From an uncultured Thermodesulfobacteriota bacterium (GTDB taxonomy: Bacteria; Desulfobacterota; B13-G15): a DNA stretch of 24,000 bases. The notes below the pieces were generated by a model. That model was not told where the DNA came from. It searched no databases and saw nothing but the letters and a program-made list of their open reading frames with translations. Location: contig CAYVAU010000012.1 in NCBI GenBank assembly GCA_964448445.1, positions 7,925 to 31,924 on the forward strand, given 5' to 3'. The position numbers and the translations under genes were made by a program. This document shows positions 1 to 9,891 of the stretch, in pieces; within the stretch, counting starts at the first letter, position 1, and every line of letters starts with the position of its first letter.

Positions 1-58
1 AAACCGGAAGGGAACCCAAAAGTACAAAGGCCAAAACCCATATCCATGGTCTGCGCAT
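1..58 (-). CDS. N-terminus of a secreted protein truncated by the window edge (MRRPWIWVLAFVLLGSLPV...); position after bamA suggests an OmpH/Skp-like periplasmic chaperone
   Basis: ATG at 56-58 on the minus strand preceded by an AAAGGAGG ribosome-binding site (about 64-71); hydrophobic signal-peptide-like start; synteny only for the OmpH guess. Confidence 0.45.
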   Translation of the reverse strand, partial: MRRPWIWVLAFVLLGSLPV

Positions 59-84
59 TCTAGGCCTCCTTTTGGGCTATGTTA

Positions 85-2331
85 TCAATACATGATGCCA
101 ATGGCAAAATCCCACACGCTGGCCTTCTCGCCTTTTTTCCTGTCGAGGTTGTAACCCCAATCTATCCTTATAGGGCCTACAGGTGAGTACCACCTTATGC
201 CAGCCCCAACGGCATGTCTCAGGGGAAAGGCGTCGTTCCAATGGTCAAAGCCTTTGCCCACGTCGTAAAAGAAGGCCGCCTTAAGGCCGAGTTCTTTGCT
301 GAGGGGATAGAGGAATTCGAAGTTAAAGACCACCATTTTCAAGGCCCCCAGTGGCTCCTGGTTCTCATCCACCGGGCCGGCCATGCCGTACTCGAACCCC
401 CTTATGGTCCTCAGTCCCCCTACGAAGAACTTCTCGCCCAGGGGTATCCGGCCGCCTCCGTAGCGCTCGATGATCCCGAGCTTGCTCCGGAAGTTGAAGA
501 CGAGATCCCCCCAGAGGGGATGAAACCAGCTCAGGGATAGCCTCGCCCGCAGGAAATCCACATCCCCCCCCAATGCTCCCCCTGCGTTGGTGAGGGAAAG
601 GGAGTTGTCCCATCCCTTGGTGGGGCTGAAGGGGTCATCGAGGTTCCAGTAGCTGAAGGTGAGGGTGAGCTTGCTTGTGCGGGTTATGCCCTCGTAGGAC
701 TTTATGTAATCGGAGGCCTCCTCCTCCACGTTGAAGATCTTCTGCCTTTCATACCGATAGACGAGATCCGCCCTCAGATGATCTGTTAGTTCCCTCCCCA
801 CCGATACATCCCCTCCGGTTATGCGGTAGTCGTAGGTTGCGTAATCGTAGACCTCGTTGAAGGCATCAAAGCCCACCGAATAATATGAATCCAAGAACCT
901 CGGATCGCTGAACCCCAGGGAAAACTCGGTCATCTCCCCACCGAGGGTAGCCCTGAGGTAAGCCCGATAAGCCCTGCCGAAGAGGTTTCTCTCGGAAAGC
1001 GAAATGGTCCCAACGAGGCCATGAACGGAGCTATAACCGCCTCCAAACTGCAAGGTCCCTGTGGGCATCTCCTCAACCCTCACCTCCAGATCCAGCACAT
1101 CCCGGTGGGAAGTAGGAATGGTATTGAAGTCCACCTTCTTGAAGATCCTGAGCTTTTTGATCCTCTGCAGGCTCCTCCTGATCTGGGTGGCGCTCCAGAT
1201 ATCTCCCTCGGCCAGCTTTATCTCGCGCCTTATCACCTTTTCGCGCGTCTTGGTGTTGCCCTTTATGGTGATTCGGCCCAGACGGACCCTGGGTCCTGGA
1301 TCGATCCGGAAACGCAGATGCACAAGCCCCCTTTCACGATCAATGGACCTCAGGGGGGATACCTCCACGAAGGCGTAACCCCTGTCAGCGTAATAGTCCA
1401 CGAGTTTCGACACATCCTTTTCTACCTCCGAGACGCGGTAGATCCTCTCAGGCCTCATCTTGAGCTTGACCTTCTTCAGGATCTCTTCCTTGGGGCTTAC
1501 GAGGTTGCCTATGAGGTCCACGCTCGCGATTTTGTACCTCTTGCCCTCCTCAATCCTTATGAGGATGAAGAGCGACCTGCCGTCTCTAGAGACCGATATC
1601 TGTGGTTTGGAGATCTTCACATCCAGATACCCGTGGTCATGGTAAAAGTACCTGATCCTTGAGAGATCCACCTCGAGGAGCTCCCGGTTCAAGGTCCCGG
1701 CCTTGGTCAGCCAGGAAAGCCAGTTTCTCTGCTTGGTGCGCATGAGCTTTTTGAGCTTGCGGTCACTGAAGGCAGTATTCCCCTCAAAGCGGATCTCCTT
1801 GATCCATCCCCTTGGGCCCTCAAAGATATCCAGAAAGACCGTCACCTCATTTCCGGGCAATTCCTGCACCTCGCCGACAACCGAGGCCGTATAGAAGCCC
1901 TTGGAGGCGTAAAGGTCCTTGACCGCTTCCTGGCTCTCTTCCCACAATTGCTGATCGAAGAAGTCCCCCTTTTTGATCTTTAAGACCGCCTCAATCTCCT
2001 CCCTCTTCAACTTCTGATAGCCCGATATCACCACCTCCCTTATCCTCGGCTTCTCCAGCACGATGTAGGTGAGGATCACCCCTTCAGGGGTCTCCTGCAC
2101 ATCCACCCTCACATCCCTGAAGTAGCCCAGGGAAAACAGGCTCCTTACGTCCTCGCTCAGCTGTTCCCTACTGAAGGGTTCCCCTTTTTTGCTCCCGATG
2201 GCGCCCAAAATCACCTCCCTTTCCACCCTCTGATTGCCCACGATCCTTATCTCCTTTATCGTCGGGGGTTGGGCCGAGGAAAGGATCGGAAAGATCAGGC
2301 CAAAGATCGCCACAAGAAGCCGCCGTGTCAT
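85..2331 (-). CDS. bamA: Outer membrane protein assembly factor BamA (Omp85: POTRA repeats plus beta-barrel)
   Basis: 748 aa ORF with signal peptide, repeated POTRA-type segments (IKEIRIVGNQRV..., IREVVISGYQKL..., GRITIKGNTKTREKVIRREI) and the conserved barrel motif GGLRTIRGFEYG. Confidence 0.95.
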   Translation of the reverse strand: MTRRLLVAIFGLIFPILSSAQPPTIKEIRIVGNQRVEREVILGAIGSKKGEPFSREQLSEDVRSLFSLGYFRDVRVDVQETPEGVILTYIVLEKPRIREVVISGYQKLKREEIEAVLKIKKGDFFDQQLWEESQEAVKDLYASKGFYTASVVGEVQELPGNEVTVFLDIFEGPRGWIKEIRFEGNTAFSDRKLKKLMRTKQRNWLSWLTKAGTLNRELLEVDLSRIRYFYHDHGYLDVKISKPQISVSRDGRSLFILIRIEEGKRYKIASVDLIGNLVSPKEEILKKVKLKMRPERIYRVSEVEKDVSKLVDYYADRGYAFVEVSPLRSIDRERGLVHLRFRIDPGPRVRLGRITIKGNTKTREKVIRREIKLAEGDIWSATQIRRSLQRIKKLRIFKKVDFNTIPTSHRDVLDLEVRVEEMPTGTLQFGGGYSSVHGLVGTISLSERNLFGRAYRAYLRATLGGEMTEFSLGFSDPRFLDSYYSVGFDAFNEVYDYATYDYRITGGDVSVGRELTDHLRADLVYRYERQKIFNVEEEASDYIKSYEGITRTSKLTLTFSYWNLDDPFSPTKGWDNSLSLTNAGGALGGDVDFLRARLSLSWFHPLWGDLVFNFRSKLGIIERYGGGRIPLGEKFFVGGLRTIRGFEYGMAGPVDENQEPLGALKMVVFNFEFLYPLSKELGLKAAFFYDVGKGFDHWNDAFPLRHAVGAGIRWYSPVGPIRIDWGYNLDRKKGEKASVWDFAIGIMY

Positions 2332-2371
2332 TTCTTCCCCCAGAAGGCCTTAAAGCTATATCAGATTTGCC

Positions 2372-3067
2372 TCAATCTTTACAAACCTCCTCCCTTATGA
2401 TGCGACCATCGGCCATGTAGAGCTTGCGGGGAAAGCGATCCACAACGGCCTCATTATGGGTGACCACCACGATGGCCGTTCCCATGGAACGATTTAGCCT
2501 TTCGAGCAGCTCCATGAGCTCGGCACCGGTTTTGGAATCCAGGTTACCGGTGGGCTCATCGGCCAAAAGGAGCCGGGGCCTCATAACCAGGGCCCTCGCC
2601 ATGGCCACCCTCTGCTGTTCCCCTCCGGAGAGCTCTCCCGGACGGTGGTACAGCCTCCCCGAAAGCCCTACCTCCTCCAGGATTTCCCTGGAGCGCTTCT
2701 CGGCCTCACCGGGGGGAAGTCCATAAATGAGGCAGGGAATCATCACGTTCTCAAGGGCGGTGAAGTCCGGAAGGAGGTAATGGAACTGGAAGACAAAGCC
2801 GATCTCCCTGTTCCTTAAGGCGCTGAGTTCCTCCTCCTTGAGTTCCCGGAGCTCCTTTCCCCGATACCTGATGGAGCCACTTGTGGGCCTCTCCAGGGTC
2901 CCCAGGACGTGCAAAAGCGTGCTCTTTCCCACTCCCGATGCCCCCACTATGGCGATCTTCTCCCCAGCTCCCACCTTCAGATCTATCCCCCTCAGGGCCC
3001 ATATTTCCTCGGATCCTCGCCGGAAGACCTTCGTTATGCCCTTTGCCTCAAGGAGCAGCTCACTCAT
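2372..3067 (-). CDS. lolD: Lipoprotein-releasing ABC transporter ATP-binding protein LolD
   Basis: 231 aa; Walker A GASGVGKST, signature LSGGEQQRVAMARAL, Walker B LLLADEPTGNLD; adjacent to the LolC/E permease. Confidence 0.93.
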   Translation of the reverse strand: MSELLLEAKGITKVFRRGSEEIWALRGIDLKVGAGEKIAIVGASGVGKSTLLHVLGTLERPTSGSIRYRGKELRELKEEELSALRNREIGFVFQFHYLLPDFTALENVMIPCLIYGLPPGEAEKRSREILEEVGLSGRLYHRPGELSGGEQQRVAMARALVMRPRLLLADEPTGNLDSKTGAELMELLERLNRSMGTAIVVVTHNEAVVDRFPRKLYMADGRIIREEVCKD

Positions 3068-4295
3068 ACCTTAACACCTCCACGGGATCAAGCCTTGAGG
3101 CCTTTGAGGCGGGATAAAGGGCCGAAAGCAGGCTCAAGCCAAGGGCGAGGGCAGAAATCCACAGCACATCCGAAACACTTACCTTTGAGGGAACCTCGGT
3201 GATGTAATAAACGTCGGGAGGGAGGAACTGTATCCCCAGAAGGTCCTCAATGGCGGCGCTTATCCTCTGGACATTCAAGGCCAGAAGGACCCCCCCGACC
3301 ACCCCCAAAAGGGTTCCCCCAAGACCTATAAGTAGTCCCTGGAGGAGGAAGATCCTGCGGATCGTACCCTTGGTTGCCCCCATGGAGCGCAAAATGGCTA
3401 TTTCCTTTCTCTTTTCCATCACCGTCATCATCAAAACCGCTATTATGTTGAAGGAGGCCACCGTTACCACAAGGGACAGCAATATGAACATCACCCTCCT
3501 CTCCATCCTCAGGGCATAAAAGAGATTTCGGTTCATCTCCATCCAGTCCCGGCAGAGGAAAGGACTCCCTATGAGCCGCTCTATCCTCCTGGAAAGGAGG
3601 TGGGCCCTGTAGATGTCCTCGATCCTTATGGCTATATGGGTCACCGAATGGCCCAAGGAGAGGAAGCCTTGAACATCATCAAGGGGCATGAGGATGAGGG
3701 TTGCATCGTAATCGTACATGCCCGAACGGAAGATCGCCCCAACCCGGACTTGTGTGATCCGCGGGATCCGTCCAAAGGGATGGAGCAGCACCTGTGGCGA
3801 AAGGACCTGCACCCTGTCCCCAACCCTCACCCCAAGGAGCCTGGCCAGCTCAACCCCAAGCCACACCTCACCTGCTTCGAGCCTCCCCTTCCCTTCGACG
3901 AGCCTCTCCCTGAGGTAGAGGATCTCGGGGGCATCGGGCTTTACACCCTTTAGCACAGCCCCCGAACTCGAAAAGGGGGAGCTGACCATGACCTGTGCCA
4001 AAACGACGGGGGAGAGGGAACGGATGCCCTCGATATCCCTGAGCCTTTCCAGGACCCCCTCCGGCTCCGCGATGGGACCTCGGTGGCTCAGCACCAGGAT
4101 GTGGGCCGAAAGGGAGAGGATCCTTTCCTTAATGGTCTCCTGAAATCCGTTCATCACCGAGAGGACCACAATCAGGGCCATAACCCCCAGGGTCACCCCC
4201 ACCAGACAGATGGAGGCAGCCACCGAGATAAAGCGCTCCCTTTTTCTCGATCTCAGGTGCCTCAAGGCGACGAAGAGCTCGAAAGGAACCCTCAA
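3060..4295 (-). CDS. lolC: Lipoprotein-releasing ABC transporter permease (LolC/LolE family)
   Basis: 411 aa; N-term FELFVALRHLRSRKRERFISVAASICLVGVTLGVMALIVVLSVMNGF, C-term FtsX-like TM segments; overlaps lolD. Confidence 0.88.
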   Translation of the reverse strand: MRVPFELFVALRHLRSRKRERFISVAASICLVGVTLGVMALIVVLSVMNGFQETIKERILSLSAHILVLSHRGPIAEPEGVLERLRDIEGIRSLSPVVLAQVMVSSPFSSSGAVLKGVKPDAPEILYLRERLVEGKGRLEAGEVWLGVELARLLGVRVGDRVQVLSPQVLLHPFGRIPRITQVRVGAIFRSGMYDYDATLILMPLDDVQGFLSLGHSVTHIAIRIEDIYRAHLLSRRIERLIGSPFLCRDWMEMNRNLFYALRMERRVMFILLSLVVTVASFNIIAVLMMTVMEKRKEIAILRSMGATKGTIRRIFLLQGLLIGLGGTLLGVVGGVLLALNVQRISAAIEDLLGIQFLPPDVYYITEVPSKVSVSDVLWISALALGLSLLSALYPASKASRLDPVEVLRYE

Positions 4296-5767
4296 GCCCT
4301 TTTCCTCATGGGTGGAAACAGGATCACGTCCCTTATGGAAGGGGAATCCGTAAAGAGCATGACGAGGCGGTCAATGCCTATACCTTCCCCGGCCGTAGGG
4401 GGCATGCCGTACTCGAGGGCGATCAAAAAGTCCTCATCCAGGAAGAACTCCTCCTGTTGGACCCCCCGCCTTTTGAGCTGCTGCATGAACCTGGACCTTT
4501 GATCCTCGGGATCGTTGAGCTCGGAAAAACCATTGGCTATCTCCCTGCCGTATATAAACAGCTCAAAACGCTCGACCAGCCCCGGATCATCATCCTTCCT
4601 CCGGGCAAGGGGCGAGACCTCAACAGGGTGATCGATGATGAAAGTGGGTTGGATCAAATGGGGTTGAACGACCTCCTCAAAAAGGGCATTTATGAGCTCC
4701 CCATGGGATTCGTCACCCCTTAGCTCGATCCCCAGCTCGCGGGCCTTCCTCAAGGCCGCCTCCCTCTCCCTCAGGACCGATTCATCAAGGCCAAACTCAA
4801 GGAGCGACTCCCTCATGGGGATCCTCGGCCAGGGAGGGGTCAGGTCGATCTCGGTTCCCTGATACTTAATCTTCAGGCCACCACAGACCTTCTGGGCGAG
4901 TTCGCAAAACAATTCCTCGGTGAGGACCATCAGGTCTTCATAGGTGCTGTAGGCCTGGTAAAATTCGAGCATGGTGAACTCGGGGTTGTGGAGGCTTGAG
5001 ATGCCCTCGTTCCTGAAGTTCTTCCCTATTTCGAATACCCTCTCGAAACCCCCGACAACCAACCTTTTGAGGTAAAGCTCGGGGGCTATCCTCAGGTAAA
5101 GCTCCATTTCAAGGGCATTGTGGTAGGTCTTGAAGGGCCTTGCCGCCGCCCCACCGGGTATGGGTTGCATCACAGGGGTCTCCACCTCCAGGAAGTCCCT
5201 CTGCAGCAGAAACTCCCTTATGGTCTGGATGATGAGGCTCCGCTTCCTGAAGGTCTCCCTGCAGGGGGGATTGACAATCAGGTCCAGGTAACGCTGTCTG
5301 TAGCGGATCTCCACATCGGTCAGCCCGTGCCACTTCTCCGGAAGGGGCCTCAAGGACTTGCACAACAATTTGAATTGGTGCACTTCTAAGGTGAGCTCGC
5401 CCGTGCGGGTTTTAAACGGCCTCCCTCTGACCCCAATGATATCCCCTATGTCGAGTCTCTTGAAGAATTTAAAGGGACCCTCCCCCAGGATGTCCCTGCG
5501 CAGGTATATCTGGATCCGCCCCTTTCTGTCCTGAATGTGACTGAAGACCGAGCCGCCGAAATCCCTAATGGCCATGATCCTTCCCGCCAGGGTGAACTCC
5601 TCCCTGACCTCTTCCAGGTCCCTGGGGTCGAGACGGCCGAAGCGACGCCGCAGGTCCTCTGAGGTGGTTTCGGCCTTGAAGTCGCGGGGATAAAGGTCGA
5701 TCCCCTCCTCTCTGAACTTTTGGGCCTTCTCCCTCCTCTGCTTGAGGACCTGACTCTCGGAAGCCAT
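4292..5767 (-). CDS. lysS: Lysyl-tRNA synthetase, class II
   Basis: 491 aa; OB-fold N-terminus, class II motifs (YRQRYLDLI, FRNEGISSLHNPEFTMLEFYQAY, GIGIDRLVMLFTDSPSIRDVILFP). Confidence 0.96.
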   Translation of the reverse strand: MASESQVLKQRREKAQKFREEGIDLYPRDFKAETTSEDLRRRFGRLDPRDLEEVREEFTLAGRIMAIRDFGGSVFSHIQDRKGRIQIYLRRDILGEGPFKFFKRLDIGDIIGVRGRPFKTRTGELTLEVHQFKLLCKSLRPLPEKWHGLTDVEIRYRQRYLDLIVNPPCRETFRKRSLIIQTIREFLLQRDFLEVETPVMQPIPGGAAARPFKTYHNALEMELYLRIAPELYLKRLVVGGFERVFEIGKNFRNEGISSLHNPEFTMLEFYQAYSTYEDLMVLTEELFCELAQKVCGGLKIKYQGTEIDLTPPWPRIPMRESLLEFGLDESVLREREAALRKARELGIELRGDESHGELINALFEEVVQPHLIQPTFIIDHPVEVSPLARRKDDDPGLVERFELFIYGREIANGFSELNDPEDQRSRFMQQLKRRGVQQEEFFLDEDFLIALEYGMPPTAGEGIGIDRLVMLFTDSPSIRDVILFPPMRKRA

Positions 5768-5779
5768 GGAAGGGTAAGG

Positions 5780-6115
5780 CTATCCCAATTTCCCCCGGAT
5801 ATCAACTTCCTGCCGCACCCATTCCAGATATCCTCGACTTCCCCCCACCACAGGAATGGCCACAACCTCGGGGGTCTCGTAGGGATGTTGCTCGAGGATT
5901 ACGGCCTCAAGTTGGGGATAGAGCTCTTGGGTGGTCTTGATCAGACACAGCCACTCTTCGGCCTCCTCTTCCTTGCCCTTCCAGTGATAAAAGCTCCTTA
6001 TGGGGCCCAGGATCTGGATGCATGCAGAAAGCCTCTTTTGTAAAAGACTTCGGGCCATCCTGTGGGCATCCTCGGGGTTGTCGAAGGTGGTCAGGACCAA
6101 AAGGATCCCGGTCAA
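5780..6115 (-). CDS. cutA: CutA-like divalent-cation tolerance protein
   Basis: 111 aa; KRLSACIQILGPIRSFYHWKGK...EEWLCLIKTT...HPYETPEVVAIPV is typical of the CutA1 family. Confidence 0.93.
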   Translation of the reverse strand: MTGILLVLTTFDNPEDAHRMARSLLQKRLSACIQILGPIRSFYHWKGKEEEAEEWLCLIKTTQELYPQLEAVILEQHPYETPEVVAIPVVGGSRGYLEWVRQEVDIRGKLG

Positions 6116-6888
6116 CGCATCACCTCCTTCATGAAATCGGTCAATGCCTTAAGTTGCGAGATGACCTCCCTCCTTGAGTTGGGCAGCTCACCTGGGGTGA
6201 GCTCGACAGTCAGAAGACCTTTATAGTTGAGGCGCTTAAGGAGGTTCAGGAACCTCATTATGGGCAAAACACCCCTGCCGGGGAAACGGTGCTGTTCGGT
6301 GGGGCCAAAATCGCTGAAGTGGATGTTTTGGACCAGATCTGGCTCATAGAGGGAGAGGAAGAAGGGGATGATGTCCCTGGTCCTTGTGGCCATGTGGGTG
6401 ATGTCCAGGGTGATACAGAGATTCTTCTTCTTAGCAAATTTGACCAGGCTCTGGGGATTGTCCCAGAAATAACCCGAGGTCCGCTTTGCCAGGGGCATGA
6501 TCTCCATGGAAAGATGGACCTCCCCTGCGGTCTCCTTGTCAAAGTCTTTGATCCAGTTGAGCCAGAACCAAAAGAGGAGCTCGAAGCTCGACCACCTCGG
6601 CGGATGAAAGGTCACAACCCTTGCCCCGAGGAGCCTCGCCCACCTTATAGCCCTCTTGAGGGAGGATATCCTCCCCTGCCAGTTCCTGAACCGGAAGAAG
6701 GGACTGTGGATGGCCTTAACGGGCAAGACCCTCCTTGACAGCTCCATCGCTTCCTCAAGGTCGTAAGGCTTCGATACCCTGTGACATATGAGGAGCTCGA
6801 TCCCTTCAAAACCCGCCTCTTGGGCTATCTCGAAGATCTCCCCCAGGGGGAGGGTGAAGAGACTTCCGGTTGAAAGACAGAGATCCAT
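6112..6888 (-). CDS. Sugar phosphate isomerase/epimerase-like TIM-barrel protein (AP endonuclease family 2 fold)
   Basis: 258 aa; GFEGIELLICHR, VKAIHSPFF, VTFHPPRW, LCITLDITHMATR, IQNIHFSDF, LTVELTPG pattern of the xylose-isomerase-like TIM barrel. Confidence 0.8.
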   Translation of the reverse strand: MDLCLSTGSLFTLPLGEIFEIAQEAGFEGIELLICHRVSKPYDLEEAMELSRRVLPVKAIHSPFFRFRNWQGRISSLKRAIRWARLLGARVVTFHPPRWSSFELLFWFWLNWIKDFDKETAGEVHLSMEIMPLAKRTSGYFWDNPQSLVKFAKKKNLCITLDITHMATRTRDIIPFFLSLYEPDLVQNIHFSDFGPTEQHRFPGRGVLPIMRFLNLLKRLNYKGLLTVELTPGELPNSRREVISQLKALTDFMKEVMR

Positions 6889-6959
6889 CCTTGTCTTTTG
6901 AAACCAATTTTATAAAAATGCACCTCAACAGGCCAACCAGCATAAAGGAGGTTTCCCCA

Positions 6960-8117
6960 ATGGAGCTCTCCCGCAGGATAAAGTCGCTGCCGAGATATCT
7001 TTTTGCCGAACTGGACAAAAAGAAACAAGCCTTAAGACAACAGGGAAGGGAATTGATAGACCTGAGCGTAGGAGATCCCGATCTTCCCACCCCTCATGGG
7101 ATCATAGACAGGATGTCCCAGGAGATCCGCCACCCTCAAAACCACCGCTATCCGGACTACGAGGGCCTGCTCGAGTTCAGGGAAGCCGTGGCTTCGTGGT
7201 ACTGGAGGCGATTTGGGGTGAGCCTGGACCCTTCCGCCGAGGTCATGGCCCTCATCGGCTCCAAAGAGGGGATAGCCCATCTGCCCCTGGCCTTCGTTGA
7301 CCCGGGGGACTATGTGCTTGTGCCCGATCCCGGTTACCCCGTTTATCGGGCCTCGACGATCCTCTCAGAAGGCATTCCCTACACTTTGCCCCTTAAGGAA
7401 GAGCGGGGATTTTTGCCCGATTTGAGGGATGTCCCCTCCGAGATCGCCAAAAAGGCCAAACTCCTTTTCCTCAACTATCCCAATAATCCCACTGGGGCCA
7501 CGGCCACAAGGGAGTTTTTCAGGGAGGCCGTGGCCTTTGCAAGGGAATATGACCTCATAGTGTGCCACGATGCCGCCTACAGCGAGCTTTACTTCGAATC
7601 CCCTCCCCCGAGCTTTTTGAGCGTTGAAGGGGCAAAGGATGTGGGGGTGGAGTTCCACTCCCTTTCCAAGACCTTCCGCATGACCGGTTGGAGGATCGGC
7701 TTTGTCGTTGGCAATGCCGCGGTGCTTTCGGGGCTTGGAAGGGTCAAAACGAACGTGGACTCGGGGGTGTTCAACGCCATCCAGAGGACATCGGTATGGG
7801 TCCTTCAAGGGAACATGGATCAAGAAGCCGAGAGGTGGCGGCAGGAGCTGAGGAGGCGGAGGGATGTGATGGTGGAGGGGTTGAGGAGCCTGGGCTTTAA
7901 GGTCGAACCCCCCAAGGCCACCTTCTACCTCTGGCTGAAGGTGCCCGAGGGCTACACCAGCAGGGACTTTGCCGAAAGGCTCCTTGAGGCCGGGGTGGTG
8001 GTGACCCCTGGGGTCGGTTTCGGCGAATGGGGAGAAGGTTATGTTAGGATGGCCCTGACCGTCACCGAGGAACGGCTAAGGGAGGCCTTGAGGAGACTCC
8101 GGGAGGTCAAGCTTTGA
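6960..8117 (+). CDS. dapL: LL-diaminopimelate aminotransferase-like class I/II aminotransferase
   Basis: ORF opens at 6870 but MELSRRIKSLPRYLFAELD at 6960 is preceded by GGAGG; DLSVGDPDLPTP, GSKEGIAHLPLAFVDPGDYVLVPDPGYPVY, NYPNNPTGA, EFHSLSKTFRMTGWRIGFVVG are DapL/AspC-type motifs. Confidence 0.85.
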   Translation: MELSRRIKSLPRYLFAELDKKKQALRQQGRELIDLSVGDPDLPTPHGIIDRMSQEIRHPQNHRYPDYEGLLEFREAVASWYWRRFGVSLDPSAEVMALIGSKEGIAHLPLAFVDPGDYVLVPDPGYPVYRASTILSEGIPYTLPLKEERGFLPDLRDVPSEIAKKAKLLFLNYPNNPTGATATREFFREAVAFAREYDLIVCHDAAYSELYFESPPPSFLSVEGAKDVGVEFHSLSKTFRMTGWRIGFVVGNAAVLSGLGRVKTNVDSGVFNAIQRTSVWVLQGNMDQEAERWRQELRRRRDVMVEGLRSLGFKVEPPKATFYLWLKVPEGYTSRDFAERLLEAGVVVTPGVGFGEWGEGYVRMALTVTEERLREALRRLREVKL

Positions 8118-8333
8118 CCACTCAAGGGGGAGTTCCTCCTTCAATCCCTCCAAGAACGCCACAAACTCCCCTTCAAGCTCGACTGGCACATAGAGTTCCA
8201 TTTCCCCGCGGGAGGCATCCACGGTCCTTGAAGAGGCCAATCCCTCATAGGATTCGAGCAAGAAGTTGAAAAACGCCATTTCCTCCTTCGGTACTTTCAC
8301 CCGATAGATCAAGGTATCCCTTTCATAATCCAT
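8076..8333 (-). CDS. Small DUF4911-like protein
   Basis: Likely start MDYERDTLIYRVKVPKEEMAFFNFLLESYEGLASSRTVDASRGEMELYVPVE at 8333; internal to the 8076..8531 ORF; overlaps the 3' end of dapL by about 42 bp. Confidence 0.6.
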   Translation of the reverse strand: MDYERDTLIYRVKVPKEEMAFFNFLLESYEGLASSRTVDASRGEMELYVPVELEGEFVAFLEGLKEELPLEWSKLDLPESPQGLP

Positions 8334-8382
8334 GGGAAAAATGATACAAAATTTGCGTTCAAATTTTAAAAGGAATTTCTCG

Positions 8383-9891
8383 ATGGAGAAATTAAAGAAT
8401 TTGCTGAAGGTCCTTGTCCTTCCTTTCCTTCGCTCCATGGGGAGGGTGGAGCTCCTTAGGGCCATAATCGATTCGATCCCCGATGGGGTTATAGCGGTGG
8501 ATAGAGAAGGGAGGGTGATCCTCTGGAACAAGGCGGTCAGTCAAATGACCGGGGTGGAGGAGAAGGAGATCTTGGGGAAGGGCGATTATGCTTATGCCGT
8601 TCCCTTTTATGGTGAAAAGAGGCCCCTCCTTGTGGACCTCATCTTGAGGGGCGAGGGGGAGTGGAGGAGGCGGTACGAGGGGTTTAAGCGGAGGGGAGAT
8701 ACCATAACCGCCGAGGGTTTTGCCCCTGCAGCCTACGGAGGGAGGGGGCTTTTCTTCTGGACCCTGGCTGCCCCCATAAGGGATGAGGAGGGGAGGATCA
8801 TAGGGGCGGTTCAGTGCATAAGGGACATAGCCGAAAGGAAGAGGATGGAGGAGGAGCTCCGCTGGAGGAGCTTCCATGATCCCTTAACCGGTGTTTACAA
8901 TCGTACCTATTTCGAAGAGGAGCTGAGGAGGCTTAAGGTCAGCCGCTCCTATCCGGTGAGCCTGATCCTCTGCGATGTGGACAACCTCAAGATGATCAAC
9001 GATTTCCTCGGCCACGACCAGGGTGACGAGGTCTTGAAGCGCATCGCAAAGGCCATATCGGACTCGGTGAGGGCATCCGATGTGGTGGCCAGGGTGGGAG
9101 GGGACGAATTCGCGGTGCTTTTGCCCCGGACCGACAGCCGGACGGCCGAACAGGTGGCCGAGCGGATCCTTAAGGCCGTAGAGAGGGAAAGGGAAAGGTC
9201 CCCCGAGCTCCCTCTGGAGCTTTCGGTGGGTTATGCCACAGCCAACGATCCCTCCAGGACCCTGGAGGACCTCTACCGTGAGGCGGATGACATGATGTAC
9301 CGCAACAAGCTCGTGAGGGGATTGAGTCCCAGGAGCTCGGTGGTGCATGTGCTCAAGGCCGCCTTGAGGGAAAAGGACTTCGCCGCCGAGGGACATATAG
9401 AGAGGGTGAAGAGGTTCAGCCTGCTGCTGGGCGAAGCCCTCGATCTCTCCCGGCCGGAGCTCGAATTGCTGGAACTCCTGGCTGAGGTCCACGACATAGG
9501 CAAGATCGGGGTCCCAGATGAGGTCCTCTTCAAACCCGGAAGGCTCACCCCGGAGGAGTGGGAGGAGGTGAGGAAGCACCCTGAGATCGGGTACCGTATT
9601 GCCCTTTCCTCTCCCGAGCTAGCGCCTGTGGCCGAGTTGATCCTGCAACATCACGAGCGCTGGGATGGAAAGGGATATCCGCAGGGTCTTAAGGGAGAGG
9701 GGATAAACCTTTTGAGCCGCATAGTCGCCATAGCCGATGCCTTTGACGCCATGACCTCGGACAGGCCCTACCGTCGGGCCCTCTCCTGGCAGGAGGCCCT
9801 CGAGGAACTGAAGAAGGGTGCGGGGACCCAGTTCGATCCCAAGCTTGTCGAGGTCTTCCTCTGGCTTATCGGGGGGAAGGGGGATGCGTAG
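8383..9891 (+). CDS. PAS - GGDEF - HD-GYP cyclic-di-GMP metabolism protein
   Basis: ORF opens at 8332; MEKLKNLLKV at 8383 has an AAAGGAA upstream. PAS (AIIDSIPDGVIAVDREGRVILWNKAVSQMTG), intact GGDEF (VARVGGDEFAVLLPRTD), HD-GYP (HDIGKIGVPDEVLFKPG...HHERWDGKGYPQGLKGEGI). Confidence 0.92.
   Translation: MEKLKNLLKVLVLPFLRSMGRVELLRAIIDSIPDGVIAVDREGRVILWNKAVSQMTGVEEKEILGKGDYAYAVPFYGEKRPLLVDLILRGEGEWRRRYEGFKRRGDTITAEGFAPAAYGGRGLFFWTLAAPIRDEEGRIIGAVQCIRDIAERKRMEEELRWRSFHDPLTGVYNRTYFEEELRRLKVSRSYPVSLILCDVDNLKMINDFLGHDQGDEVLKRIAKAISDSVRASDVVARVGGDEFAVLLPRTDSRTAEQVAERILKAVERERERSPELPLELSVGYATANDPSRTLEDLYREADDMMYRNKLVRGLSPRSSVVHVLKAALREKDFAAEGHIERVKRFSLLLGEALDLSRPELELLELLAEVHDIGKIGVPDEVLFKPGRLTPEEWEEVRKHPEIGYRIALSSPELAPVAELILQHHERWDGKGYPQGLKGEGINLLSRIVAIADAFDAMTSDRPYRRALSWQEALEELKKGAGTQFDPKLVEVFLWLIGGKGDA

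Noticed and set aside
8884-9579. 231 aa minus-strand ORF antisense to the GGDEF/HD-GYP gene
   Set aside because: Shadow ORF in GC-rich DNA; the plus frame contains intact catalytic motifs.
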